Shown piece after piece: positions 27,500 through 41,249 of a stretch of DNA of 64,000 bases. Source of the DNA: Octopus vulgaris (taxonomy: Eukaryota). Below the pieces are notes generated by a model. That model made no database searches and was not told the origin of the DNA. It saw only the letters and a program-made list of their open reading frames with translations. The position numbers and the translations under genes were made by a program. Within the stretch, counting starts at the first letter, position 1. Every line of letters begins with the position of its first letter. The stretch spans positions 48,050,001-48,114,000 of the forward strand of contig OX597831.1 of NCBI GenBank assembly GCA_951406725.2, in the 5' to 3' direction.

Positions 27500-27985
27500 T
27501 ACAAATGGAAGGATGCATTTGATAATGTGCCCTTGAGTGTAAATAACCTGAAAAAAGGGCATGCTGGTCATGAGGCTAGGAATGCTTTTGATCATAGATT
27601 TACTTGATCAACTTAAAATAGCAGCCAAATCTCATTCATATCACTCACTACCATTCTATAAAAAGAAGGAAACAGTTAAAATGTGCCATTGGCTATAAAC
27701 AACCCGAAAAAAGAGAAAGATTTGCTTCGCATGGTCAGACTGCTTTTAATCATATGCTCAAAATAGCAGCCAAATTGCTCTCAAATCACATACAACCATT
27801 CTGTAAAAGGAAGGAGACAGTTGAAAATGTGTTACTTGATGTAAACAAACTGAAAAAAGAGAAAGATTTGGTTCTCATGGCTAGAATGCTTTTAATCATA
27901 GGTTTACTCAATCAGCTAGAAATAGCAGCCAAATCTCTCTTATTTCACTCACTACCATATTATAAAAGGAAGGACACAATTTAAT
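27500..27985. repeat. degenerate ~150-bp tandem units of an old dispersed repeat (aaatagcagccaaat motif)
   Basis: Motif at about 27616, 27761 and 27920; related units at 35860-36560, and inverted within the 98-bp repeat. Confidence 0.6.
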
Positions 27986-28289
27986 AAATAAGCTATCAAA
28001 TGGAGAGATCTTGAATAAAGAAATAAAAACCCCACAATAATATAGGAAAATCAAAAAGTAAATATAAAAGACATGATGGTCACAGCTGGAATATGGTTTA
28101 GACATCAAGAAAGGTGTGCGCTAGTTGAAACAATGTCAGCTTTCACTTGTAAATGGTATCATTGTGTTTAAAAGTGTTATAGAATCGATATTAACCATTC
28201 AGTCTTTATTGGTTCAGTTTGTTTTGTTTTTGATGTGTTTTCTCCAGATTAATCCTATCTAGCTTCCTTTTAATGTTGTCGGAGAAAAG

Positions 28290-29690
28290 TGAATATAGTA
28301 GTAGCAGCAGCAGCAGTAGTAGTAGTAGTAGGGGTAGTAGAAGTAGTAGTAGTAGTAGTATTGGGGGGTAGTGGTGTGGGTGGCGGTGGTCTTTGGTGGT
28401 GTTATGGTGTTGGTGGTGATGGTGGTGGCAGTGTTGGTGGTGGTGGTGGTGGTCGTGGTGGTGGTGGTGGTGGTGGTGGTGGTTGGTGTTGGTGGTGGTG
28501 TTGGTGGTGTTGGTTGTGGTGGTAGTAGTAATAATGGTGGTAGTAGCAGTAGTGATTGTAAGTGACTGTATGTGTGAAGAATTTGTGTTTGTGTGTGTAT
28601 CTGTATATGTGTGTGTGTGTATGTATACTTGTATGTATACATGTTAGTGTATGTGTGACTATCCTCTTGTGTGTGCGAGTGTGTTTCTTTGTGTCTATAA
28701 ATGTCTCATTTTGAGTGAGTGTGTGTTTTCCTATATGTGTGTGTATGTCTGTGTGTTTATGTGTGTCTGCTCTGTTGTGTGTGTGTGCGTTTGTATATGT
28801 ATTTCTTTGTGTCTGTATGTATGCAAGTGTATGTGTGAAGTATACATATTTTGTGTCTGTGAGTGTCTCTTTTTGAGTGAGCATGTGTATTTTTCTGTGT
28901 GTACATATGTGTGAGTGTGTGTATATGTGTGTATGTGTATGTGCACAGATGTGTTTGTATGCATGTGCTCTGTGTATGTTCATGCATTCGTGCTTGTGTG
29001 TTTGTATATGTTTTTGCATGTGCATCTGTGAATATGTTTGCACATATTTGTATATGCATTTTTGTGTGTATTTGTGTAAATGTGTGTATTTATGAATGTA
29101 TGTGTAGATGTGTCTGCATTTATTTGTTCAGGCATGTATGTTTGTATATATATGCATGTGTGTGTATGTATGTTTGTATGTATGTTTGTATATATGCATG
29201 CAGGTGTGTGTGCTCACGCATGTGTGTATGTGTTTGTGTACATATATTTGTATATGTTCATGTATACATGTTTGTCTAAATCCCTGTGCATTTTGCATAC
29301 ATGTTTGCATGTTTGCATGGTGAATACATGTTTGTATACGTATGTATACAAGTTTGTGTGTATGAAGTATACATGTTTTGTATATACATGTATGTTTATG
29401 TGGATGCATGACTATTTTTGCATATGCATCTGTGTATGTCCTTGTGTATGCATGTTTATTATATGTGCTTGTATATGCATTTGAGTGCATCCATGTATAT
29501 GTGTAAGTATGTACTTGCATATGTGCACATGTGTATATTATTACGTATGCATGGTTATGCATGGTTATGCATGTTTATGCATAAATTTGTGAGCATGGGT
29601 GTATTTGTTTATTTGCATGTTTGTGTGAGTGTACAGTTGAGTAATATGTTTCCGTAAGTGCATTTTTTTGCACGTATGTTTTTCAGTAAA
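28290..29690. repeat. (GTA)n/(GGT)n microsatellite followed by ~1.1 kb of degenerate TG/TATG low-complexity DNA
   Basis: Seen directly in the sequence. Confidence 0.9.
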
Positions 29691-30248
29691 TACACTCAAT
29701 TCCCTGGGGTGGTGGGGAGAAAAGGGTGGCTTAAATATGAGACAATATAACAATTTGTATAAGTATTGTTTTTCAAATACGCAATTGGGAATACATAAAT
29801 TTTGAATCCTACAGGCACCATACATTTAACCCATTTTAGACAGCAAATGGAAACATGCGCTGCCATGATTCATTTATAGGTGCAGACAAAGCTATGTGGT
29901 TATGGCTAAGAAGCTTAATTTGCAGTCCCGTGGTTTTGAGTTCAGCCCCACTGTGTAGCACCTTGGGCAAGTGTCCTCTATTATTGACCTGGGTGACCAA
30001 TGCCTTGTGAGTGAATTTTTAGATACAAACTATAGAAGTAGTGGTGGTGGTGGTGGTGATGGTGGTGGCACATGAAAGATAGAAGGTGGAATATACATGA
30101 ATTTATTAATCACGACAATTGCTTTGACATATCTAGCGTCAATCCCTCACGGGTGTAAACCATTTATTTTATTATCCAATATATATATATATATATTTCT
30201 CCCCACCACTCCAGGGAATTGAGTGTATTTACTGAAAAACATACATGC

Positions 30249-30672
30249 AAAGGAGTGGCTGTGTGGTAAGTAGCTTGATTACAAACCACATGGTTCTGGG
30301 TTCAGGCCCACTGTGTGGCACATTGAGCAAGTGTCTTCTACTATAGCTTCGGGCTGACCAAAGCCTCGTGAGTGGATTTGGTAGACAGAAACTGAAAGAA
30401 GCCAGTCGTATATATGTATATATATATGTGTGTGTGTGTGTGTATGTGTGTGTGTGTATATATGTTTGTGTGTCGGTGTTTGTCCCCCCAACATCACTTG
30501 ACAACTGATGGTGGTGTGTTTACATACCCGTAACTTAGCGGTTCGGCAGAAGAAACAATAGAATAAGTACTAGACTAACAAAGAATAAGTCCTGGGGTCA
30601 ATTTGCTCGACAAAATGCTGTGCTCCAGCATGGCCACAGTCAAATGACTGAAACAAGTAAAAGAGTAAAAGA
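30249..30672 (+). mobile_element. SINE family A
   Basis: Full-length match to 5838-6286. Confidence 0.85.
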
Positions 30673-30792
30673 ATATATATATATATATATATATATATAT
30701 TCTGTTGTGTCTGGGGAGAGTCATTTTCTTTTTGTGCCTTATTATTTAACACACTGACCGGTAAAATTTCCACTTTTTTCTTATTTTTATTG

Positions 30793-30833
30793 TCCTAAAA
30801 TGTTCGTTGCATCTTGCAACCTTTTCAATAGTC
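30793..30833 (-). ncRNA. hammerhead-like motif, U3-A8 core, GAAA mutated to GAAC
   Basis: Minus strand reads gacta-TTGAAAA-g-GTTGC-aagat-GCAAC-GAAC-atttta-gga, with a perfect 5-bp stem II. It lies in a ~140-bp insert attached to (TA)n. Confidence 0.5.
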
Positions 30834-30866
30834 AAGACTGCAGTATTTGTATTTGATGTGCAATAT

Positions 30867-31054
30867 GGTGCAGGCGTGGGTGTGTGGTAAGAAGCTTGGG
30901 TTCAGTCCCACTGTGTGGCACCCTGTACTAGTGTCTTTTACTATAGCCTTGGGTCAATCAAAGCCTTGTGAGTGAATTTGGTAGACAGAACTTGAAAGAA
31001 GCCCATCATATATATATGTATATGCATGTATTTATGTATGTGTGTGTATATATG

Positions 31055-31085
<31 letters not shown>

Positions 31086-31278
31086 ATGACTATGCTTGTG
31101 TCTCTGTGTTTGTCCCCCACCATCGCTTGACAACCGATGTTGGTGTGTTTACATCCCCCATAACTTAGCAGTTCAGTATAAGAGACTGATAGAATAAGTA
31201 CTAGGCTAACAAAGAATAAGTCCTGGGGTCGATTCATTCGACTAAAGGCAGTGCTCCAGCATAGCCACAGTCAAAATG
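30867..31278 (+). mobile_element. SINE family A
   Basis: Matches the family A body and tail. Confidence 0.8.
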
Positions 31279-31570
31279 TAGTAGTAGTAGTAGTAGTAGG
31301 GATTTTGGAGAATCTCTTACTAAGCTTTCTGCCAATGGCACAGCTAACAAGAATGACCATTGTATTGAAGTCAGGGTAAACCTTAGCATCTGTCTGAAAC
31401 TCCAGGTAGAGCAATGGTGGAGAGAGTGTATATATATAAAGAGCTCATAAGAGAAGTGAGGTAAAAGAGTAGATGTTTATTCTATTTGTTTACAGCTGTT
31501 CCATAATCTGAGGATTAGTCTGTTGGTTTCCACATAGACACCCTTCTATATATATATATATATATACATA

Positions 31571-32209
31571 CAACTTATAAACAAGGGCAAAAGAAAAAGA
31601 TTCTAATGCCAAATATGCCGAAAATAGACTTAAATCGTCAATAACCATATAATTCATCACTATAATCACGCATCTCGAAGCAAGCCGACAGAAATTTCTA
31701 AAAAATTGCGTTATTATCGAATCGTCCCCAATTTCTGAGTTAATTCATTTAGAATTTTCTTGTCGTCAGTGATAAATACGATAAGAAATATATGAAATAC
31801 TTACTTGCATCCCTGGAAGAAGTAAACACTAAGTCATGTGTACACTTAAGTATCCCCAAATATATCCAAAAATAGAAATTCTGCAGCATACCCCGAGACA
31901 CGTGTGATCGGACTGAAAATTCTCATATGAGAAAATTCTAAATGAATTAACTCTGAAATCGGGGCCAATTCGATAATAACAAAATTTTTTAGAAATTTCT
32001 GTTGGCTTGCTTCGAGTTGCATGCTTATAGCGATGAATTATATGGTTATTGACGATTTAAATCTATTTTCGGCATATTTGGCATTAGAAATTTTTTTATT
32101 TTGCCCTTGTTTATAAGTTGTTTATAAATTTAACCTTTAAAGTTATTTTTTAATATGCTGGCCATTGATAAAATTTTTTCGAAAATTTTAATATTTTATC
32201 CTATATTAG

Positions 32210-32212
<3 letters not shown>
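31571..32212. mobile_element. long inverted-repeat insert in (TA)n, PLE-type
   Basis: Arms about 31571-31760 and 31930-32120 are reverse complements with a ~170-bp spacer; the right side extends beyond the arm. A hammerhead-like CTGACGA..AATTC-taaat-GAATT..GAAA lies on the minus strand at 31720-31775. Confidence 0.8.
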
Positions 32213-32284
<72 letters not shown>

Positions 32285-32675
32285 TACCTTGTTAACAATT
32301 AACACGGAAAAAATAAATAAATAAATAGTTACCATGTGTCGAAAGTAAAAATATTTGTTTACACCTGCGTTAACTCCATTTTTTATTCATATATATATAT
32401 ATATATAAATGATACACTCAAGCAGTGGCCCAGCAACAAAATTTGCTAAGGGGGTGCAAACCCAGGTCCTAATTTTTTTAATGAAAAATGTGGATTTTTC
32501 CAATGTTAACATTAAAACAAATGCAGGTATAATAATATTTTTTATTATTATGAGGGTCGGCTGAAATGTTCATAATCTGAGCAAGACACTCTCAATTGGA
32601 ATGTGAACTCAGCACCATACAAAAAAAAACCATTTGCACCAACAGCATTTATATATGTATATATAGATATATATA

Positions 32676-33215
32676 TCATCATCATCATCATCATTTAACG
32701 CCTGCTTTCCATGCTGGCATGGGTTGGACGGTTTGACTGTGGACTTGCGAGCCAGATGGCTGCACCAGGCTCCAATCTGATCTGGCAGAATTTCTTCAGC
32801 TGGATGCCCTTCCTAATGCCTCATCCCAGGTCTTCCTAGGATCTACCTCTTCCCCAGGTTCCCTCAACCACTAGGGTGTGACACTTTTTCACACAGCTAT
32901 CCTCATCCATTCTCGCCACATGACCATACCAATGCAGTCGTCTCTCTTGCACACCACATCTGATGCTTCTTAGGTCCAACTTTTCTCTCAAGGTACTTAA
33001 AATCTGTCAAGTATGCACACTGACATTACACATCCAGTGGAGCGAACTGGCTTCATTTCTTGCAAGTTTACGCATGTCCTCAGCAGCCATGGCCCATGTT
33101 TCACTGCCATGTAGCATGGCTGTTCGTACACATGCATCATACAGTCTACCTTTTACTCTGAGCAAGAGGCCCTTTGTCACCAGCAGAGGTAGGAGCAATC
33201 TGAACTTTGCAGCTC
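32676..33215 (-). pseudogene. RTE LINE 3' end: RT C-terminal region joined to the (GAT)n tail
   Basis: LLPLLVTKGLLLRVKGRLYDACVRTAMLHGSETWA is a typical RTE C-terminal stretch, contiguous with the aggaagggcatccagctg...(gat)n tail. Confidence 0.85.
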
Positions 33216-33569
33216 TCTAAGCCATGAAACCAGGAAAACAGCCTTTATAAGTCGGCATGACTCGAGAAGCTAACTTTACCTACAAAATTCATACACAAGG
33301 CTCTGGTTGACATGAGGCTATAGTAGAAGACATTTTCTCAAGGTATCATGCAATGGAATTGAACCCAGAATTAAGTGGTTGCAAAATGAGCTTCTTAACC
33401 ACACAGCCACACCTGCAACATATTTAAACTTTAAAAATCTATTACTTTATGTAAAAATTACTTATTTCATGATATGACAATTCCAAACACCAATTGCTAT
33501 TAGCTTAATGAGGACTGCTTTGAAGAGAGAAGATGGGAGAGAGAGGGGGAGAGGGGAAGAGAGAGAAAA

Positions 33570-33693
33570 TAGGTAGATAGATAGATAGAGAGAAAGAAAG
33601 GAAGGCAGACAGACAGACATACAGACAGACAGATAGATAGATAGGTTGGTAGGTAGGTAGGTAGGTAGGTAGGTAGGTAGATAGATAGACAGA

Positions 33694-33740
<47 letters not shown>

Positions 33741-33809
33741 GCAGACAGACAGACAGGCAGGCAGGCTGGCAGGCAGGCAGGCAGGCAGGTGGGTAGGTAG
33801 GTTGGTAGG

Positions 33810-33885
<76 letters not shown>

Positions 33886-33902
33886 TAGATAGATAGATAG
33901 AG
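33570..33902. repeat. compound tetranucleotide microsatellite (AGAT/AGAC/AGGT/AGGC)
   Basis: Seen directly in the sequence. Confidence 0.95.
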
Positions 33903-34671
33903 TGGCAGATAAGCACAGTGCATGTGTATGGCTGAATGAATGACAGGCTATGCAAGCATGTGTGTGTGTGTGCATGTGTCTGTGTGTGTGTGTGTGTGTA
34001 TATATGTGCATGTGTGTCTGTGCATTTTGGCAGTAATAATGTATGAGAGAGAGATAATGATGTAATGGCTTTGTATACCAATTGGTGTGTCACTTCACCT
34101 ATGGTGGGTGTTTCATGTTTGGGCAAGGATTTTTGGTCCATCTGTGCAGTTTTAGCCCATTATATGTTGGCACAAACTGGTAGTCAATGAATTTGAACCC
34201 AGCCAGACGGGTACTTATTTTATCAGGCCTGGGAGATGAAAGGTAAAGTTAATCTTGATATGATTTGAACTCGGAAATATAAAGAGCCAGAACAAATATG
34301 GGTTTCAAATCTTGACACAAGGACTGCAATTTCAGAGGAGGGTATGAGTTAATTACATGACCCAATATGCAACTGGTACTTATTTTATCGACGCTGAAAA
34401 GATGAACGGCAGAGTCAACCCTCACAGAATTTGAACTCAGAACATAAAACGAGAAGAAATGCCACTAAGCGTTTTGTCCAGTGTGCTAATGCTGGCTTGC
34501 CACTTTAAGCCAGAACAAAGATCACATGGTATTTTGTCTGACGTTCTAATAATTTAGCCAGTCTCTTAACCTAGATTTGTACTTTACTGTACTTTATTTT
34601 GTCAATCCTAGAAATATGAAACGCAAAGTTGACCTTGGCAAGATTTGAACTCAAAATGTAAAGACCTATAT

Positions 34672-34812
34672 AGGTGCAGGAGTGGCTGTGTGGTAAGTAG
34701 CTTGGTTACCAATCACATAGTTCTGGGTTCAGTCCCACTGTTTGGCACCTTGGGCAAGTGCCTTGTGAGTGGATTTGGTAGATGGAAACTGAAAGAAACC
34801 CATCATATATAA

Positions 34813-34847
<35 letters not shown>

Positions 34848-34945
34848 TGTATGTATGTATGTATGTATGTATGCATGTATGCATGCATGCATGTATGTAT
34901 GTATGTAAGTATGTATGTATGTATGTATGTATGTATGTATGTATG

Positions 34946-34976
<31 letters not shown>

Positions 34977-35166
34977 GAGTGTGTGTGTATGTTTTTGTGT
35001 CTGTGTTTGTCTCCCCACCATCACTTGACAACCGGTTCAGCAAAAGATACCAATAGAATAAGTACTAGGCTTACAAAGAATAAGTTCTGGGGTCGATTTG
35101 TTCGACTAAAGGCAGTGCTCCAGCATGGCCACAATCAAATGACTGAAACAAATCAGAGTAAAAGAG
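34672..35166 (+). mobile_element. SINE family A with expanded (TATG)n and internal deletions
   Basis: Family A head and tail present. Confidence 0.8.
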
Positions 35167-37119
35167 CAACTGTGACAAATATAATATAGTGTTTTGTCCA
35201 AACACTAGAATGATTCTGCCAATATACTGCCCTAAACTGATATCATATTTTATGGGCCCTAGAAGGATTAATATTATAGTTCTCCTTGGTGGGATTTGAA
35301 CTCAGAATGTGAAGAGTAGTAACAAATATTATAAACTTTTTTTCCCAACGATTCTATTAATCCAGCATTTCCTGGACTGATATTGCATTTTCTCAATCCC
35401 CGGAAGGATGAAAGCCAAAGCTCACCATAGAAGGGACTGAACTCAGAACATAAAGATCTATAAGAAATACCACAATATATCTCATCTGATGCTGTAACTA
35501 TCTTGCCAGGCCACCATCTGATTAAAATGCTAACTAAATAATTAAAAAATTTAATTGTTTTACTAAATTCATCCAATTTCCTTGATTATTTAAAAAATTA
35601 ATTAAAATATATGGGTTGTAGTTTTTATGTGAAATATGGCCACGAAAGGGTTAAAATAATAATGATATCTTAAAAGAGTTGCTTAATTAATCTGTTTGAA
35701 TACACAATGCTCCTGGGTGAAAAGTTCATTGGCTGAGAAATTTTATTGCAAAAACAAAAATTAAAAAGATAACTACATCCTGTTCTCCTCTCTGTAAACA
35801 TTACCAGCACAATACAGACTCAGCTACTTGATTGTGTCAATGAGGGGGCATCTATGGGATCACTCGATCTGACCAGGTAGAAATAGCAGCCGAATCATAT
35901 CCTACTAACTTTGATGTAATGAGAGTGTTTTAGAGATTTCTTTAATCTATGCAAAATAAACTTAACAAATTACATCCTTACAGGCAATGTGGATGTGTTC
36001 ACAGGGATATTTGTTCTGTGAGAAAGAGCAGCAAAATCTCCCTCAAATTACATTCTATTGTCTTGAAGCCAATGAAGGAGCTTTTATAAAATCATCAGAT
36101 CTGCAAGAGATCACAGTCAAACTTCACTCAGATCACACCCCTATGTCTTCAAGGAACTGCTAAAGAGCTCAACAGTTAGAAATAACAACCAAATTTCATG
36201 TTAAAAAATGGTCAAGGAACATGATAGATGATATAGTTTTGTGTCCTCTGTAGATAGGAAAAATCACATGATGGTCATAGATGGAATGTCTTTGATCATA
36301 GATTTGTTTGATTTTAAAAGTGGTTAGGATATAGTAGACTATGTAGTCATAGAAACAGACTGTCTAAAAAACAGATGAGATGGTCATTTCTTGAATACTT
36401 TTGATTATAATTTTGCAACTTTTATCAATTAGGATATCCTTCTTAACCATAAATGGAGCTTTTACACACTTGCTCAGTTTGCTGGAAATAGTAATCAATT
36501 GTTCTTCAAATTATACTTTACCACAATAAAAGGAAGGACACATTTAGTCAATGTGGTTTTTGGTGGTCCACTTCTGGTAATTTTAGCATTTGTCCATAGC
36601 CTACCTATATATTATATCTTACTTAGAAAAATGTACTTGTCCTCTTGCATCTCACCTCCTCTAATTCCATCACTGATAAAAATTAGACAAATTGTGACAC
36701 AGAAAGAGGAACTATCAACATCACAATGACTTACAAATACTTTAAATCTGAAAATTTTTTTTTAATGGCCTGAGGCCCACAAGGCCCAACTGTTCTTACA
36801 TCTGGTCTAGATAATAGAGTAAAACCCCCTTTGGTCATGAATGGCCATGGGATTGCACATAGAAAATTCCCCTCCAAGGCACAAGTTCTGGCAAGGTTAA
36901 TGGAAGACAAGCAGTCACCCATGCATACCAGCCTCTCCTCTCCATGCCACTGATGTTATTCAAGGGAAAGACAAAGGCACCAGTGATGTTGCAACTCATT
37001 CCTACAGCTGAGTAAACTGGAACATTGTGAAATTAAGTGTCTTGCTCAAGAACACAACACACAGCCTGGTCCAGGAATTGAACTCACTATTTCATGCTTG
37101 TGAGCCCAACACTCTGATC

Positions 37120-37260
37120 CAGTGTTTCTCAACCTTTTTTACCCTTGCATGAGCCTTAAAATAAATTACATACCTCAAGGAACCCCTGCCTCCCCAAAAT
37201 TATATACCATATCTTTCAAATTTTTTCATTGTAGTTCACATGTTACTTATATATATACAT

Positions 37261-37330
<70 letters not shown>

Positions 37331-37432
37331 GTGTGTGTATATGTATATATGTGTATATGTGTATATATATATGTATGTATATATATATACATACATACAC
37401 ATATATATATTATATATTATATACACATATAC

Positions 37433-37465
<33 letters not shown>

Positions 37466-37707
37466 TATATAATTATATATATGTATATATGTATATATTT
37501 TTATAATAATTTTTTTTATAGCATAAAAGGTTAGATAGGGTAATGTCTCTATTACAATATCACAATAATCACAATGATATGTTGTGCATGTATAGTAATA
37601 TTACGATCATGAAATTAGCATTAGCTTATCTCACTTTTTCTTGCAGAACCCCTAGGAACCTTTTGCGGAACCCTGGGGTTCTAGGGAAACCCAGTTGAGA
37701 AACGCTG
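37120..37707. mobile_element. hAT (Charlie-like) MITE inserted in a tRNA-SINE
   Basis: TIRs cagtgtttctcaac / gttgagaaacgctg; 8-bp flanks ctctgatc / ctctaacc; the interrupted SINE continues on both sides. Confidence 0.8.
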
Positions 37708-37997
37708 CTCTAACCACTGAGCCATGTGCCTTCACATGGTCTAGATAATATGGTATCATTATTGAAAGTGGTGTGCTGGCAGAATTCATATCATGATGGA
37801 CAAAACGCTTAGCAACATTTCATCCATCTTCCCATTCTGAATTCAAATTCCACCGAGATAGATTTTGCATGTCATCCTTAAAAGTTTAAGTTCAAGTACT
37901 GTGGGGGTCAAAGTAATCAACTTAACCCCCTACCCTGAGATTGAGAGCCTTGTGTCAAAATTTGAAAGCAATATGATATCGTTATTGCCATCTTTAT

Positions 37998-38393
37998 AGG
38001 TGCAGGAGTGGCTGTGTGGTAAGTAGCTTGCTTACCAACCACATAGTTCCACATTCAGTCCCACTGTGTGGCATCTTAGGCAAGTGTCTTCTACTATAGC
38101 CTTTTTTACCACCAGCGTTGTGAGTGGATTTGGTAGACAGAAACTGAAAGAAGCCCATCGTATATATGTGTGTGTTTATATGTTTGTGTGTCTTTGTTTG
38201 TCCCCCCAACATCGCTTGACAACCAATGCTGACATGTTTATGTCCCCGTAACTTAGCGGTTCAGCAAAAGGGACCGACAGAATAAGTACTAGGCTTACAA
38301 AGAATAAGTCCTGGGAGCAATTTGCTCGACTAAAGGCGGTGCTCCAGCATGGCCACAGTCAAATGACTGAAACAAGTAAAAGATTAAAAGAGT
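37998..38393 (+). mobile_element. SINE family A
   Basis: Near full-length match. Confidence 0.85.
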
Positions 38394-38698
38394 ATCATCA
38401 TTTAATGTTCATACTCCATGCTGGCATGAGTTGGATATTGGATGGTATGACAAGGTCCATGTGTCTGCTTTGCCATGGTTTCTATGGCTGGATACCCTTC
38501 CTTATTCCAACCACTCCACATCATGTACTGAGTGCATTTTTTTACCACCAGCATGAAGGTGTGGGTGACAGAATAAAACAGTAACAGAAAGAGGATATAA
38601 ACAGTAAGTCAATGAGCAGAGTATTATGATACAGTGCAGAGGAAGAAACAGGATACTTGTTACTATGACTGTTACATCCCTCAATACACTTGACAGTA

Positions 38699-38950
38699 TG
38701 GAGGTGCATGGCTTTGTGGTTAGGGTGTTGGACTCATGATTGTAATATTTTGGTTTCAGTTCCTGAACTGGGCAACGTATTGTGTTCTTGAGCAAAACAC
38801 TTCATTTCACATCACTCCAGTCCACTCAGCTGGCAAAAATTTGTAATCATGAGATGGACCGGTGTCCTGTCCAGGTGGAGAATTTAAACGCCATGGAAAC
38901 TGGGAAACCATTCCTTGTGAGTCAGCATGACTCAAGAAAGAAATTTTATC
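38699..38950 (+). mobile_element. tRNA-derived SINE family D (CORE-like tgtgttcttgagcaaaacactt)
   Basis: tRNA-like head and shared body with 57415-57668 (minus strand). Confidence 0.7.
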
Positions 38951-39508
38951 TTTTCACTTGACAGTGAGGGCCTACATGTGTCCCACCAGCCTTGTCTATT
39001 CTGTGCTTCTGCTTCAGCCTACACTCCGTAGTATCTTTTCTTTCACTCTGCATTATTCCAAGTTGACTAAACCTAAGTATTCTTCTTCTAGTATTTTATG
39101 CTGCTTATTTTACAGCTTCACATATTAACCATTCTTCAGTGTAGTGCTGAAGCATATGCCCCAACCATTATCATCTACTATTCATGAGTCAAGTTTGCTT
39201 TCATTCCTCTAAGGTCTATAAAATAAAGTACCAGTTAAGCATTGGAGAAGATATAATCCACAAAAGGCTTCCCCTAAAATTTGTTGGCCTCACCCATAAA
39301 TTAGAAGCCATTATTTCCCCATCTGTGGTAGACAATGAACACAAAAAGAAGGGAATATGGGAAGGGCAAGTTTTAAAGCTAATGTATTAGATTAATGTTT
39401 AAAAAGACAGGAGTGAGTCATGATATTTCAGATGCAAATCCTTCAGTTAAAATTGAAAATTGAGGAAAGGTGGTGGGGAAAAGAGAAGGAATAAGTAAAG
39501 GTGGCAGG

Positions 39509-39542
<34 letters not shown>

Positions 39543-39777
39543 GATATGAATGTGTGTACACACACACACCATTTTCATTATGTTTCAGATCTCTTCATTT
39601 CTCACCAAATCATGCCATTTGATCTCCAAGATTCTTTATAATGCTTCATTTTCAATAAATTCTAAAATGATTAGTTATACTTTGAATGTTAGGCCATGAC
39701 TCCCTTCCATATATTAAAACACTTCTTACTTGTAGTATATATAAATACATACATACATACATACATACATACATACA

Positions 39778-39810
<33 letters not shown>

Positions 39811-40736
39811 GTATATGTATATGTATATATGTAGTTTCCGTTTTGCAAGAATTACCAGTCTATATGATTTCTATACACTTGAAAGCATTTCCATTGCCTA
39901 ATTTGCCTTAAACCTTTCATTAAATTCAGATTCTAAAGACCCATTACTTCTCTAAAAGTTCCAAGTTATTTAAATACCAATAGGTGATGGGGAGGTTGTG
40001 AGCAATGAAATGGAGATTCTTGGAGTATTGCAGGAGCCATAAAACTTTTCAGAACCATTTATTGCTGCCAGCATAATTAGGATGGCTTTTGTGGAGTAAT
40101 CTGATTATCAATTAGGATGACCTTCCTACTGCTGATCATTCAACCATGAAGTTGAGCTAATAAGAGAGCCTTTCCACAGAGAATTTTCATGTGCTAAAAA
40201 TAGAAGCCAAATATTCCTAAATTTGTACTGTGATGAACTTAAAGCTGAAAGCAGACATTGTATAGTAATGGTCTTTGATACCCTATGAGTGAATAAAAAA
40301 GATGGGGTTGTCATGGTTGGAATGCCATTGATCATAGATTGGCTAGGTCAGAGATGATCTGGCATTAAACAATAACAACACAGCAACTGTGATGTAATGA
40401 GAGTGGACGGAACCTGTTGTCCATTTAGGGACAAAAAATGCATTAAGTATGCTGTTAGTGTTGAGACCAAGATTAAGCAGGCTTTTAATTACAGGTATTC
40501 CAGCTATGGCCATCCCATCTTTTTATGTATCAGGGACTATATTATCCAATGTTATGTTCCTTTTTATATGAAGGTAGGTTATGTTTTAGAGGAGATTTAG
40601 TTGCTATATCTAGCAGATTGAATGGCTATCTTAAAGCTTGGTGAATTTTGAATTTCATTTGGTGACACAATACCAAGTATGTAGTGCTAGGAATTGAAAT
40701 CATGACCATAGAGTAAGTGTTGGAAGGCTAAATGAC

Positions 40737-40811
<75 letters not shown>

Positions 40812-40814
40812 GTC

Positions 40815-40864
40815 ATTTGCCTGAAGATCGTACGCATGTGTGCATGAAACCAATGGTAGCAGAT
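40815..40864 (+). ncRNA. type I hammerhead ribozyme with all three stems
   Basis: atttgc-CTGAAGA-tc-gtacgc-atgt-gtgcat-GAAA-cc-aat-gg-TA-gcagat: 6-bp stem I, 3-bp stem III, GUA triplet; stem II is imperfect. Confidence 0.7.
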
Positions 40865-40934
40865 ACATGTCAGAAAATATAAATTCTATTGCTAATAGAC
40901 TCTTGTGAAACTGAGTACTTTTGTGTTGACCTCT

Positions 40935-40977
<43 letters not shown>

Positions 40978-41249
40978 ATATATATATATGAATATATGCA
41001 TGTATATAATTTAGAAAAAACCTCTATCAAACAATTAAAAAATGAAAGATGTTATTCACACCATATAGAAAACATATACTATAAAAACCTTATTCTAAAA
41101 ATCAATAAAGTACAAAAACAATAAACAGTAAATAGTAGTAAAAAGACTACACACGTTTCATGGCTATATTTTCAAATAGATAATAATAATAAAATCAATT
41201 CAATTTAAAATTAAACTGATCTAAAATTTTATATATATATATATACCAA

